From Nemertoderma westbladi (lineage: Eukaryota > Animalia > Xenacoelomorpha), in the NCBI GenBank assembly GCA_032718475.1, contig JAUCBJ010000941.1, forward strand, positions 1 to 64,000: a stretch of 64,000 nucleotides of DNA, read 5' to 3'. Below, piece after piece: positions 48,930 through 63,489 of this stretch; position 1 is the stretch's first letter; the number at the start of each line of letters is the position of its first letter. The notes below the pieces were generated by a model that was not told the DNA's origin, did not search any database, and saw nothing but the letters and a program-made list of their open reading frames with translations. Both the position numbers and the translations under genes were made by a program.

Positions 48930-49400
48930 CCACCAATACACTGTGATGCACCTCGACTTTGCTGATGATCTGGGTTTAATGTTGGAAACATTGGTTGTGT
49001 ACATTAACATGGAAAGACAACTCAGCAACCTAGAACATGCAGCATCCAATGTTTGTATATTTGTAAATGCCACGAAGACCAAAATGTTAACTGTAAACTT
49101 GTTTCCCCCAGTCATTGACGGTTAGTGTGTTCAGTCGTTGGCCTGAGTTGAGTAGAAGGAGACTTTTACTGGAAGGAGACTTTTGCTACATAGGCTCTGG
49201 GATACAAGAATCAGCTAAAGAATATGCAAGGCGGGGTTGCATTGAATAAACTATCAAGGGGTTTGGATTCACCTGGAAACAAACCTGATCTGGAAGTAAA
49301 TTTATTCCGGGTAGCAGTAGAGCCTGTGCTGCTGCTATACTGTAGTAGTCATCTTACTGCAGAATACACCGATACCTTGACGGCCAGGTACAGTAGGATT
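48930..49400 (+). mobile_element. Degraded RTE-like LINE RT fragment
   Basis: HLDFADDLGL, VNATKTK, ALNKL and LFRVAVEPVLL motifs; same type as 39215-40860. Confidence 0.75.
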
Positions 49401-49410
49401 GAGCGGACAC

Positions 49411-49615
49411 ACGAGGTATCAGGTAGTATTTCCAGGTCTATCTTTTACCTGAGCCGCTAGCTGAATGGTTAGAGCGTCAGACTTCCAACCCGGAGGTCAC
49501 CAGTTCAATCTCACCTGGACGTCATTACCGACTTTGCAAAGGTGTGCCCAACGAAAGTTAAATAGGCCCAGTAAAAGTTATAATAATATTAAACCACTCA
49601 TTCACCCATAACACC
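49411..49615 (+). mobile_element. tRNA-derived SINE-like repeat, copy 3
   Basis: TAGCTGAATGGTTAGAGCGTCAGACTTCCAACCCGGAGGTCACCAGTTCAATC; shares ~40 bp of 5' flank with copy 1. Confidence 0.75.
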
Positions 49616-49808
49616 AATAATAAATTATAAAAAATATACCGGTCGCATTTCTCTATGGGTGTAACTATCCTACCTAAATTAGTAATTAGAGTGCATAATT
49701 AATCATTGTGGCCATGATGGTTCATGGTTAATATACACTACCCCTTCATTGTAGCGAGTGGTATGGTTAAAGAGGGCCAAGTACGGTAGGATTTAAAATT
49801 AAACATTA

Positions 49809-52800
49809 GACACTCACTGGTCGCCTGGAAGACACGCATGGGTCGCCTGGAAGACACTCACTGGACGTCTGGAAAACACTCACTGGTCGTCTGGAAGACA
49901 CTCACTGGACGTCTGGAAAACACTCACTGGTCGTCTGGAAGACACTCACTGGACGTCTGGAAAACACTCACTGGTCGTCTGGAAAACACTCACTGGACGT
50001 CTGGAAAACACTCACTGGTCGTCTGGAATACACTCACTGGTCGTCTGGAAGACACTCACTGGACGTCTGGAAAACACTCACTGGTCGTCTGGAAGACACT
50101 CACTGGACGTCTGGAAAACACTCACTGGTCGTCTGGAATACACTCACTGGTCGTCTGGAAGACACTCACTGGGCGTCTCGAAAATACTCACTGGTCGTCT
50201 GGAAGACACGCACTGGTCGTCTGGAACACACTCACTGGACGTCTGGAAGACACTCACTGGTCGTCTGGAAGACACTCACTGGTCGTCTGGAAGACACTCA
50301 TTGGTCGCTTGGAAGACACTCACTGGTCGTCTGGAAGACACTCACTGGACGTCAGGAAGATACTCCACTCACTGGTCGTCTGGAAGATACGACACTCACT
50401 GGTCGCCTGGAAGACACTCACTGGTCGTCTGGAAGACACTCACTGGTCGCCTGGAAGACACTCACTGGACGTCTGGAAGACACTCACTGGTCGCCTGGAA
50501 GACAGTCACTGGTCGTCTGGAAGACACTCACTGGTCGTCTGGAAGACACGCACTGGTCGTCTGTAACACACTCACGGGACGTCTGGAAGACACTCATTGG
50601 TCGTCTGGAAAATACTCACTGGTCGCCTGGAAGACACTCATTGGTCGCCTGGAAGACACTCACTGGTCGTCTGGAAGACACTCACTGGACGTCAGGAAGA
50701 CACTACACACACTGGTCGTCTGGAAGATACGACACTCACTGGTCGCCTGGAAGACACTCACTGGTCGCCTGGAAGACACTCACTGGTCGCCTGGAAGACA
50801 CTCACTGGACGTCTGGAAGACACTCACTGGTCGTCTGGAAGACACTCACTGGTCGTCTGGAAGACACACACTAGTCGTCTGGAAGACACTCACTGGTCGT
50901 CTGGAAAACACTCACTGGTCGCCTGGAAGACACTCACTGGTCGCCTGGAAGACACTCACTGGTCGCCTGGAAGACACTCACTGGACGTCTGGAAGACACT
51001 CACTGGTCGTCTGGAAGACACTCACTGGTCGTCTGGAAGACACACACTAGTCGTCTGGAAGACACTCACTGGTCGTCTGGAAGACACTCACTGGACGTCT
51101 GGAAAACACTCACTGGTCGTCTGGAAGACACTCACTGGACGTCTGGAAAACACTCACTGGTCGTCTGGAATACACTCACTGGTCGTCTGGAAGACACTCA
51201 CTGGACGTCTGGAAAACACTCACTGGTCGTCTGGAATACACTCACTGGTCGTCTGGAAGTCACTCACTGGACGTCTGGAAAACACTCACTGGTCGCCTGG
51301 AAGACACTCACTGGACGTCTGGAAAACACTCACTGGTCGTCTGGAAGACACGCACTGGTCGCCTGGAAGACACTCACTGGTCGTCTGGAATACATTCACT
51401 GGTCGTCTGGAAGAAACTCACTGGACGTTTCGAAAACACTCACTGGTCGTCTGGAAGACACTCACTGGTCGTCTGGAAGACACTCACTGGACGTCAGGAA
51501 GACACTACACTCACTGGCTGTCTGGAAGATACGACACTCACTGGTCGCCTGGAAGACACTCACTGGTCGCCTGGAAGAAACTCACTGGTCGCCTGGAAGA
51601 CACTCACTGGTCGCCTGGAAGACACTCACTGGACGTCTGGAAGACACTCACTGGTCGCCTGGAAGACACTCACTGGTCGTCTGGAAGACACTCACTGGTC
51701 GTCTGGAAGACACACACTAGTCGTCTGGAAGACACTCACTGGTCGTCTGGAAGACACTCACTGGACGTCTGGAAAACACTCACTGGTCGTCAGGAAGACA
51801 CTCACTGGACGTCTGGAAAACACTCACTGGTCGTCTGGAATACACTCACTGGTCGTCTGGAAGACACTCACTGGACGTCTGGAAAACACTCACTGGTCGT
51901 CTGGAATACACTCACTGGTCGTCTGGAAGACACTCACTGGACGTCTGGAAAACACTCACTGGTCGTCTGGAAGACACTCACTGGACGTCTGGAAAACACT
52001 CACTGGTCGTCTGGAAGACACGCACTGGTCGCCTGGAAGACACTCACTGGTCGTCTGGAATACATTCACTGGTCGTCTGGAAGAAACTCACTGGACGTCT
52101 CGAAAACACTCACTGGTCGTCTGGAAGACACGCACTGGTCGTCTGGAACACATTCACTGGACGTCTGGAAGACACTCACTGGTCGTCTGGAAGACACTCA
52201 CTGGTCGTCTGGAAGACACACATTGGTCGCCTGGAAAACACTCACTGGTCGTCTGGAAGACACTCATTGGTCGTCTGGAAGACACGCACTGGTCGTCTGG
52301 AAAACACTCACTGGACGTCTGGAAGACACTCACTGGTCGTCTGGAAAACACTCACTGGTCGTCTGGAAGACACTCATTGGTCGCCTGGAAGACACTCACT
52401 GGTCGTCTGGAAGACACTCACTTGACGTCAGGAAGATACTACACTCACTGGTCGTCTGGAAGATACGACACTCACTGGTCGCCTGGAAGACACTCACTGG
52501 TCGCCTGGAATACACTCACTGGTCGCCTGGAAGACACTCACTGGTCGCCTGGAAGACACTCACTGGACGTCTGGAAGAACTCACTGGTCGCCTGGAAGAC
52601 ACTCACTGGTCGTCTGGAAGACACTCACTGGTCGTCTGGAAGACACACACTAGTCGTCTGGAAGACACTCACTGGTCGTCTGGAAGATACGACACTCACT
52701 GGTCGTCTGGAAGACACTCACTGGACATCTGGAAGACACTCACTGGTCGTCTGGAAGATACGACACTCACTGGTCGTCTGGAAGACACTCACTGGTCGCC

Positions 52801-53360
52801 TGGAAGACACTCACTGGTCGTCTGGAAGACACTCACTGGTCGTCTGGAAGACACTCACTGGACGTCTGGAAAACACTCACTGGTCGCCTGGAAAACAAGC
52901 ACTGGTCGCCTGGAAGACACTCACTGGTCGTCTGGAATACACTCACTGGTCGTCTTGAAGACACTCACTGGACGTCTGGAAAACACTCACTGGTCGTCTG
53001 GAAGACACGCACTGGTCGTCTGGAAGACACTCACTGGTCGTCTGGAAGACACTCAGTGGTCGCCTGGAAGAAACTCACGGGTCGTCTGGAAGACACACAC
53101 TAGTCGTCTGGAAGACACTCACTGGTCCTCTGGAATACACTCACTGGTCGTCTGGAAGACACTCACTGGACGTCTGGAAGACACTCACTGGTCGTCTGGA
53201 AGATACGATACTCACTGGTCGTCTGGAAGACACTCACTGGGCGTCTGTTAGACTCGACACTACTTGGTCGTCTGGAAGACACTCACTAGTCGTCTGGAAG
53301 AGACTCATTTGTCGTCTGGAAGACACTCACTATGGTCGTCTGTTAGACACTCACTGGTCT
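49809..53360. repeat. 22-bp satellite (ACACTCACTGGTCGTCTGGAAG), about 160 copies
   Basis: 22-bp period; ORFs show a 22-aa period (3 units). Confidence 0.97.
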
Positions 53361-53829
53361 TAATAATGCAGAAAATGGCTGATCGCAAACTGTGGCGGTG
53401 TTGCGTTGATGAAATAAAATATATGTAAATAAATATTAAATAATAGCGAAAATGTGAATAGGCAGTCATATGTAATAACATGGTAATACCAATTATAAAG
53501 ACTAAGAAATACAACAGTTATCTATAAAGGAGCGAAGTAACTCATTCAAGGCTCTACTTAATTGCTTATTAGTCGTAATCCGGCGAATGGTGGCATATGT
53601 GTAGATGAGTGACACTTTAGTGCAATAAGTAATAACCCTAACAACCAAAACTTGGCTTCAACTTCTACTTAAGTATATTACCTAAAACCAACAATAACAT
53701 AAAAACTAACCCTACATTATAGATCAATATATTACAACGCATACTAGATGTATATAATAAAACAACGACGATAGGGAAAATTTTAATAACATAACTAACG
53801 ATGTTTAAGTTAGGCTACTGAAACAGATA

Positions 53830-55095
53830 GAAATGAAATGCATAATATACTGTGGATATACCCACAAAAGGGGCGTCAGGTTTTGCCAAGCATTTGGTAA
53901 ACAATGTTACAGTTGTTGTGGACGTATCGTAATCACACAGCTCAGGTTTGTATTGCAAGGTGTAATCCACAAATTCGCCGAAATCTCAAGCCTAAGTGAG
54001 ATGAAGAAATTGAAGATGACTTCAATTGCGATACATTATTCATCGATAGAGTTGACATTAGACCAATGGAGGATCAATATGACTGGTAAGATAATGTGTT
54101 AATGGGTTCAACTTAACATTTAAACTCGATCCAGATGCGCAATGTAACGTGATGTCACTACAAACATATATGGACATAAAAGGAAATTTAACGCGACTCA
54201 ACAAATCAAAAAGCATATTTAAGGGATTCACCAATCATGCCAGTGCGACCAATAGGTTTCATAACACTACCTTCTTTAATAAGAAATAGTGAATATCCCA
54301 TTCAATAATAAAATTCAAAAATCATAAATCATAATATCCCATTCAAAAATAAAACTGTAACCTGTTCTATTGTGCTTAGTTTATTGTTTTGGTTAAAATA
54401 ACGTGCAACTGTAACCTGCTCCTTTCCCTAAATTGAGAATTTAACATTGAGGCGGGATTTGCGTCCAGTTTCCCCCCTGTCTCAGAACCACTTCTCCCTC
54501 ATGCGATACCAGATCAAGCTTGGCAAAAGATTGGTAGTGACTTCATGGAGTTTGAAGGTAAGTAAGTAATGGTTATTTGTTGCTGATTATTACAGCAACT
54601 GGATTGAAATGATTAGTATGGGGGAAAAAACACATGCAGCTGCTCTTATCCATGAACTGAAGTCCTTATTTGCTATTCACGGAATACGAGAGGAAATTGT
54701 TTCAGATAATGGTCCTCCATTTGATTCATTTGAATATTCTAACTTCGCAAGCGATGATGGAATCTTCCTTAATAGAGTTAGTTCGAAACATCCAAGAAGT
54801 AATGCCTGAGTTGAAACGGCAGTTGATATTGCAAAGAATATTCTACGAAAGAATACAGATTGGCGCTCAGCACTAATGGAGTACAGGGCTATGCCATTAT
54901 CTGGAATACATAAGTCTCCCGGTGAATTAATGTTTGGAAGACTTACCCGCACGAAAATTCCAAGTTCTAGTACATTGTTAACACCAAAGACCAGTCGCCA
55001 CGATCGCGATCTTCAGTTAAATAATAAAATTAGACAGAAACACTACAACGATCAATCAGCGGGACCAAATTTATCTCAATTATATCGAACGACCA
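53830..55095 (+). mobile_element. Degraded Ty3/Gypsy (Mag-like) element: gag knuckle, protease and integrase; RT absent
   Basis: YCGYTH...CQAFGKQCYSC knuckles; FKLDPDAQCNVM protease near 54119; integrase WQKIGSDF, DYYS, HGIREEIVSDNGPPF, PRSNA*VETAV, SPGELMFGR. Confidence 0.88.
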
Positions 55096-58000
55096 ATCTA
55101 CCATGAACACTGAGAAGGACACAACAGTACCTCTGAACGACCACTCTACCAGGACCACTGAGAAGGACACAACAGTACCTCTGAACGACCACTCTACCAG
55201 GACCACTGAGAAGGACACAACAGTACCTCTGAACGACCACTCTACCAGGACCACTGAGAAGGACCTAACAATACCTCTGAACGACCACTCTACCATGACC
55301 ACTGAGAAGGACACAACAGTACCTCTGAACGACCACTCTACCAGGACCACTGAGAAGGACACAACAGTACCTCTGAACGACCACTCTACCAGGACCACTG
55401 AGAAGGACACAACAGTACCTCTGAACGACCACTCTACCAGGACCACTGAGAAGGACACAACAGTACCTCTGAACGACCACTCTACCAGGACCACTGAGAA
55501 GGACCTAACAATACCTCTGAACGACCACTCTACCATGACCACTGATCAGGACACAACAGTACCTCTGAGCGACCACTCTACCAGGACCACTGAGAAGGAC
55601 CTAACAATACCTCTGAACGACCACTCTACCATGACCACTGACCAAGTCACAACCGTACCTATGAACTACCACTCTACCATGACCACTGAGAAGGACACAA
55701 CAGTACCTCTGAACGACCACTCTACCAGGACCACTGAGAAGGACCTAACAATACCTCTGAACGACCACTCTACCATGACCACTGAGAAGGACACAACAGT
55801 ACCTCTGAACGACCACTCTACCAGAACCACTGAGAAGGACACAACAGTACCTCTGAACGACCACTCTACCAGGACCACTGAGAAGGACACAACAGTACCT
55901 CTGAACGACCACTCTACCAGGACCACTGAGAAGGACCTAACAATACCTCTGAACGACCACTCTACCATGACCACTGAGAAGGACACAACAGTACCTCTGA
56001 ACGACCACTCTACCAGAACCACTGAGAAGGACACAACAGTACCTCTGAACGACCACTCTACCAGGACCACTGAGAAGGACACAACCGTACCTATGAACTA
56101 CCACTCTACCAGGACCACTGAGAAGGACACAACAGTACCTCTGAACGACCACTCTACCAGGACCACTGAGAAAGACACAACAGTACCTCTGAACGACCAC
56201 TCTACCAGGACCACTGAGAAGGACACAACAGTACCTCTGAACGACCACTCTACCAGGACCACTGAGAAGGACACAACAGTACCTCTGAACGACCACTCTA
56301 CCAGGACCACTGAGAAGGACACAACAGTACCTCTGAACGACCACTCTACCATGACCACTGAGAAGGACACAACAGTACCTCTGAACGACCACTCTACCAG
56401 GACCACTGAGAAGGACACAACAGTACCTCTGAACGACCACTCTACCATGACCACTGAGAAGGACACAACAGTACCTCTGAACGACCACTCTACCAGAACC
56501 ACTGAGAAGGACACAACAGTACCTCTGAACGACCACTCTACCATGACCACTGAGAAGGACACAACAGTACCTCTGAACGACCACTCTACCAGAACCACTG
56601 AGAAGGACACAACAGCACCTCTGAACGACCACTCTACCAGGACCACTGAGAAGGACACAACAGTACCTCTGAACGACCACTCTACCAGGACCACTGAGAA
56701 GGACACAACAGTACCTCTGAACGACCACTCTACCATGACCACTGAGAAGGACACAACAGTACCTCTGAACGACCACTCTACCATGACCACTGAGAAGGAC
56801 ACAACAGTACCTCTGAACGACCACTCTACCAGAACCACTGAGAAGGACACAACAGTACCTCTGTACGACCACTCTACCAGGACCACTGAGAAGGACACAA
56901 CAGTACCTCTGAACGACCACTCTACCAGAACCACTGAGAAGGACACAACAGTACCTCTGAACGACCACTCTACCAGGACCACTGAGAAGGACACAACAGT
57001 ACCTCTGAACGACCACTCTACCAGGACCACTGAGAAGGACACAACAGTACCTCTGAACGACCACTCTACCAGGACCACTGAGAAGGACACAACAGTACCT
57101 CTGAACGACCACTCTACCAGGACCACTGAGAAGGACCTAACAATACCTCTGAACGACCACTCTACCATGACCACTGACCAGGACACAACAGTACCTCTGA
57201 GCGACCACTCTACCAGGACCACTGAGAAGGACCTAACAATACCTCTGAACGACCACTCTACCATGACCACTGACCAGGACACAACAGTACCTCTGAGCGA
57301 CCACTCTACCAGGACCACTGAGAAGGACCTAACAATACCTCTGAACGACCACTCTACCATGACCACTGAGAAGGACACAACAGTACCTCTGAACGACCAC
57401 TCTACCAGAACCACTGAGAAGGACACAACAGTACCTCTGAACGACCACTCTACCAGGACCACTGAGAAGGACACAACCGTACCTATGAACTACCACTCTA
57501 CCAGAACCACTGAGAAGGACACAACAGTACCTCTGAACGACCACTCTACCAGGACCACTGAGAAGGACACAACAGTACCTCTGAACGACCACTCTACCAG
57601 GACCACTGAGAAGGACACAACAGTACCTCTGAACGACCACTCTACCAGGACCACTGAGAAGGACACAACAGTACCTCTGAACGACCACTCTACCAGGACC
57701 ACTGAGAAGGACCTAACAATACCTCTGAACGACCACTCTACCATGACCACTGACCAGGACACAACAGTACCTCTGAGCGACCACTCTACCAGGACCACTG
57801 AGAAGGACCTAACAATACCTCTGAACGACCACTCTACCATGACCACTGACCAAGTCACAACCGTACCTATGAACTACCACTCTACCATGACCACTGAGAA
57901 GGACACAACAGTACCTCTCAACGACCACTCTACCAGGACCACTGAGAAGGACCTAACAATACCTCTGAACGACCACTCTACCATGACCACTGAGAAGGAC

Positions 58001-61000
58001 ACAACAGTACCTCTGAACGACCACTCTACCAGGACCACTGAGAAGGACCTAACAATACCTCTGAACGACCACTCTACCATGACCACTGACCAGGACACAA
58101 CCGTACCTATGAACGATCACTCTACCATGACCACTGACCAGGACACAACCGTACCTATGAACGACCACTGACCAGGACACAACAGCACCTCTGAACGACC
58201 ACTCTACCATGACCACTGACCAGGACACAACCGTACCTATGAACGACCACTGACCAGGACACAACAGCACCTCTGAACGACCACTCTACCATGACCACTG
58301 ACCAGGACACAACCGTACCTATGAACGACCACTGACCAAGACACAACCGTACTTATGAACTACCACTCTACCATGACCACTGACCAGGACACAACCGTAC
58401 CTCTGAACGACCACTGACCAAGACACAACCGTACCTATGAACGACCACTCTACCATGACCACTGACCAGGACACAACCGTACCTATGAACGACCACTCTA
58501 CCATGACCACTGACCAAGACACAACCGTACCTATGAGCTACCACTCTACCATGACCACTGACCAGGACACAACCGTACCTCTGAACTACCACTCTACCAT
58601 GACCACTGACCAGGACACAACCGTACCTATGAACGACCACTCTACCATGACCACTGACCAAGACACAACCGTACCTATGAACTACCACTCTACCTTGACC
58701 ACTGACCAGGACACAACCGTACCTCTGAACGACCACTCTACCATGACCACTGACCAAGACACAACCGTACCTATGAACTACCACTCTACCATGACCACTG
58801 ACCAAGACACAACCGTACCTCTGAACGACCACTCTACCATGACCACTGACCAGGACACAACCGTACCTATGAACGACCACTGACCAGGACACAACAGCAC
58901 CTCTGAACGACCACTCTACCATGACCACTGACCAGGACACAACCATACCTATGAACGACCACTGACCAAGACACAACCGTACCTATGAACTACCACTCTA
59001 CCATGACCACTGACCAGGACACAACCGTACCTCTGAACGACCACTGACCAAGACACAACCGTACCTATGAACGACCACTCTACCATGACCACTGACCAGG
59101 ACACAACCGTACCTATGAACGACCACTCTACCATGACCACTGACCAAGACACAACCGTACCTATGAACTACCACTCTACCATGACCACTGACCAGGACAC
59201 AACCGTACCTCTGAACTACCACTCTACCATGACCACTGACCAGGACACAACCGTACCTATGAACGACCACTCTACCATGACCACTGACCAAGACACAACC
59301 GTACCTATGAACTACCACTCTACCTTGACCACTGACCAGGACACAACCGTACCTCTGAACGACCACTCTACCATGACCACTGACCAAGACACAACCGTAC
59401 CTATGAACTACCACTCTACCATGACCACTGACCAGGACACAACCGTACCTCTGAACTACCACTCTACCATGACCACTGACCAGGACACAACCGTACCTAT
59501 GAACGACCACTCTACCATGACCACTGACCAAGACACAACCGTACCTATGAACTACCACTCTACCTTGACCACTGACCAGGACACAACCGTACCTCTGAAC
59601 GACCACTCTACCATGACCACTGACCAGGACACAACCGTACCTATGAACGACCACTCTACCATGACCACTGACCAAGACACAACCGTACCTATGAACTACC
59701 ACTCTACCTTGACCACTGACCAGGACACAACCGTACCTCTGAACGACCACTCTACCATGACCACTGACCAAGACACAACCGTACCTATGAACTACCACTC
59801 TACCATGACCACTGACCAAGACACAACCGTACCTATGAACGACCACTGACCAGGATACAACCGTACCTCTGAACGACCACTCTACCATGACCACTGACCA
59901 GGACACAACCGTACCTATGAACGACCACTCTACCATGACCACTGACCAAGACACAACCGTACCTATGAACTACCACTCTACCTTGACCACTGACCAGGAC
60001 ACAACCGTACCTCTGAACGACCACTCTACCATGACCACTGACCAAGACACAACCGTACCTATGAACTACCACTCTACCTTGACCACTGACCAGGACACAA
60101 CCGTACCTCTGAACGACCACTCTACCATGACCACTGACCAAGACACAACCGTACCTATGAACTACCACTCTACCATGACCACTGACCAAGACACAACCGT
60201 ACCTATGAACGACCACTGACCAGGATACAACCGTACCTCTGAACGACCACTCTACCATGACCACTGACCAGGACACAACCGTACCTATGAACGACCACTC
60301 TACCATGACCACTGACCAAGACACAACCGTACCTATGAACTACCACTCTACCTTGACCACTGACCAGGACACAACCGTACCTCTGAACGACCACTCTACC
60401 ATGACCACTGACCAAGACACAACCGTACCTATGAACTACCACTCTACCTTGACCACTGACCAGGACACAACCGTACCTCTGAACGACCACTCTACCATGA
60501 CCACTGACCAAGACACAACCGTACCTATGAACTACCACTCTACCATGACCACTGACCAAGACACAACCGTACCTATGAACGACCACTGACCAGGATACAA
60601 CCGTACCTCTGAACGACCACTCTACCATGACCACTGACCAGGACACAACCGTACCTATGAACGACCACTCTACCATGACCACTGACCAAGACACAACCGT
60701 ACCTATGAACTACCACTCTACCTTGACCACTGACCAGGACACAACCGTACCTCTGAACGACCACTCTACCATGACCACTGACCAAGACACAACCGTACCT
60801 ATGAACGACCACTCTACCATGACCACTGACCAAGACACAACCGTACCTATGAACTACCACTCTACCTTGACCACTGACCAGGACACAACCGTACCTCTGA
60901 ACGACCACTCTACCATGACCACTGACCAAGACACAACCGTACCTATGAACTACCACTCTACCATGACCACTGACCAAGACACAACCGTACCTATGAACGA

Positions 61001-61093
61001 CCACTGACCAGGATACAACCGTACCTCTGAACGACCACTCTACCATGACCACTGACCAAGACACAACCGTACCTCTGAACGACCACTCTACCA
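55096..61093. repeat. 48-bp satellite inside the Gypsy pol tail, about 125 copies, with a variant gradient and higher-order units
   Basis: ACCACTGAGAAGGACACAACAGTACCTCTGAACGACCACTCTACCAGG on the left, shifting to GACCA(G/A)GACACAACCGTACCTATG on the right; 630-bp and 370-bp higher-order periods. Confidence 0.97.
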
Positions 61094-61168
61094 ATACAAC
61101 TAATACATCAGGAGGAGCGGCATTACGAAGTACTGAAAGAATTCGATTACAAGGTGAAAAGGAGTCTT

Positions 61169-61463
61169 GAAGAAAGGAGGATGTAACATTAGTATTCATT
61201 CTTAATGAAAGTTATATAGTTAACTGAGCTACATCACTAACTATATTATTAATTGAACTATTAGTTGCGTACCGTGATCGGTTTGACCTTTATATTAATT
61301 AGTAGTGTTAGACCTAGAGTTATGAGGTGGAGGGGGACTAGTGTGTACAAGAGTACAGTAAGAGAGCTAATTGTATTGCATTATCTATTGAGCTTATTAT
61401 ACAGAATAGATTGCAAACTCATTTTTTAACACTATATAAAAAAAATACTGCAAATTTATTACA
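61169..61463 (+). mobile_element. Gypsy PPT and probable 3' LTR
   Basis: GAAGAAAGGAGGA purine tract, then TGTAACA at 61182. The end TTACA at 61463 is tentative and no matching 5' LTR was found. Confidence 0.55.
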
Positions 61464-61859
61464 GAATATTCATTAATGATGGGTGTGGGGACGTTAACAC
61501 GTATTTATATTTGTAATGGAATATTAATAAATATAAATAATAGCCTAACTTAACAATTCGATTCTAATTAAACGATTCCTAAATTTAAATAAACTAACTT
61601 GGTGATGTTTAAGGAATAACAGCTTTCTTATAAGTATAAAAATAGTGCAAATATTATTTGGCAGTCTATTCAATGTTGATATAAATTCTAAGAGGATGGG
61701 CGGAGGGCGGAGACAATGGCGGTTGGCTGGTTCAATACGTCTAATATAATCATATGAATACAGTTTGGCATGGCTGCCCAATTGGATTAGTCAGAATATT
61801 AAGTATATGGCAACACACCAGCAGCGGTATTGCAGCAGTATGTAGTTCATTATGTGTAG

Positions 61860-61943
61860 GTAGAGACATGTAAGGGGGAACCGATACGTAGAGACATGTA
61901 AGGGGGAACCGATACGTAGAGACTTGCAAGGGGGAACCGATAA
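61860..61943. repeat. 28-bp tandem triplication
   Basis: GTAGAGACATGTAAGGGGGAACCGATAC three times. Confidence 0.9.
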
Positions 61944-62797
61944 GTTAACATTATTTAATTAATGGTTTGTTGGGTTGAGTGGAAAATACGGAAGCCCACA
62001 AGTGCCAGTCAACTTTACACATAAAATCTGATTTTTTATGTGTGTGTAGTTGGCACATGTGTGTAGTTGGCACGTGTGTGTAGTTGGCATATGTGTGTAG
62101 TTGGCATGTGTGTGTAGTTGGCATGTGTAGTTGGCATGTGTGTGTAGTTGGCACGTGTGTGTAGTTGGCATATGTGTGTAGTTGGCATGTGTGTGTAGTT
62201 GGCATGTGTAGTTGGCATGTGTGTGTAGTTGGCATGTGTGTGTAGTTGGCACGTGTGTTGTTGGCATGTGTGTAGTTGGCATATGTGTGTATTTGGCATG
62301 TGTGTGTAGTTGGCATGTGTAGTTGGCATATGTGTGTAGTTGGCACGTGTGTGTAGTTGGCATGTGTGTGTAGTTGGCATATGTGTAGTTGGCATGTGTG
62401 TGTAGTTGGCATGAGATTCGATTGCTTAGCAACCATCTTCAAGGTTGCTTAGCAACCCATTTATTAGCTAGTATCAGTACAACAGTAGAGTGTAGCAGGC
62501 CTACTGTAGTAGTGTCAGTGCCCGTTCACCTTTGCTACTTAGCTCATAGGCCGCCGTCGTTGTCGGTAGCCCCCATACCTGATGCGGTATCTGATTATTT
62601 TACAACTACTGGTGTAGCAGAAAATTACCACCCCCCTAAAAATTCACCCCCGGTTAGAATTCACTAGGGTACGGTATTTTAACCGGGGGTGAAACTAGGC
62701 TTACTCTGGGTGATTTTTTAGTGAAATTTAACCCCCCTCAGTGTATTCTTACCCCCATATTTTAAATTTCAATATTACATGAAAATATATTTTATTA

Positions 62798-63112
62798 TTA
62801 TATGAAAAAACATATATTGTTAGGGTTATTGTTAGAAATGACGACTTTTAGCCACAAAATATAGCGCGACCAACCATCAATAGCACCGTGGATTGGAAAT
62901 CCATAAGGTTTAAGTTTATCATGTCCATCCACGTGCCAAACTGAATTAGGTCCGATATTGAAGTACTGGCGGCGCTGAAGTCGATGACGACGCCGGAGTT
63001 CGGTTGCCTCAGGACAAAGTGTACGTAATATAAAGGCTACTGTTGATCGGGGAACATGAATGCCCATAAGTTTAATTGATGCCAGACACTCCGATATCCC
63101 GCACGAGGTCAC
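62798..63112 (-). pseudogene. IS3EU-like / rve integrase-core transposase fragment
   Basis: RRRHRLQRRQYFNIGPNSVWHVDGHDKLKPYGFPIHGAIDGWSRYILWLKV..SNNNP, truncated before the second catalytic Asp. Confidence 0.8.
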
Positions 63113-63489
63113 GCAATTGACGACAGAGTGTTCGTCTACTTGAAATTATTATGCCATGATTATTTGACAAAATATTTAGTAATTCTCGGTGAGTGTGGCC
63201 TTCTTTGTAGTAATGTGTTATAATATAGTATATATCCTACCGTAATAAATATATAGATACACTCTATGGCCCTTCGCGCAGTACGTGAGTTACATGAAAT
63301 AAATGTACAGTATTGTCACTTCGCGTAGGTAGTGAGGATTAGGAGAGTAGTAGGACTGGGATATACATGCTGATATGGTAAATTGACACACATCCAGCCT
63401 TGTGCAGCAGACTAGAAAATAAAGCAGGCTTATATCGTATTCAAAGTAATATTGAAATTTAAAATATGGGGGTAAGAATATACTGAGGG

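Noticed and set aside
49450-49525. Functional tRNA-Trp gene
   Set aside because: The stems are imperfect and three diverged copies share non-tRNA flanks.
49838-53251. 884-aa and related ORFs
   Set aside because: Products of a 22-bp satellite that lacks stops on one strand.
55103-58171. 1022-aa mucin-like host gene
   Set aside because: No signal peptide or splice context; it sits in a decayed Gypsy pol, and later units break the frame.
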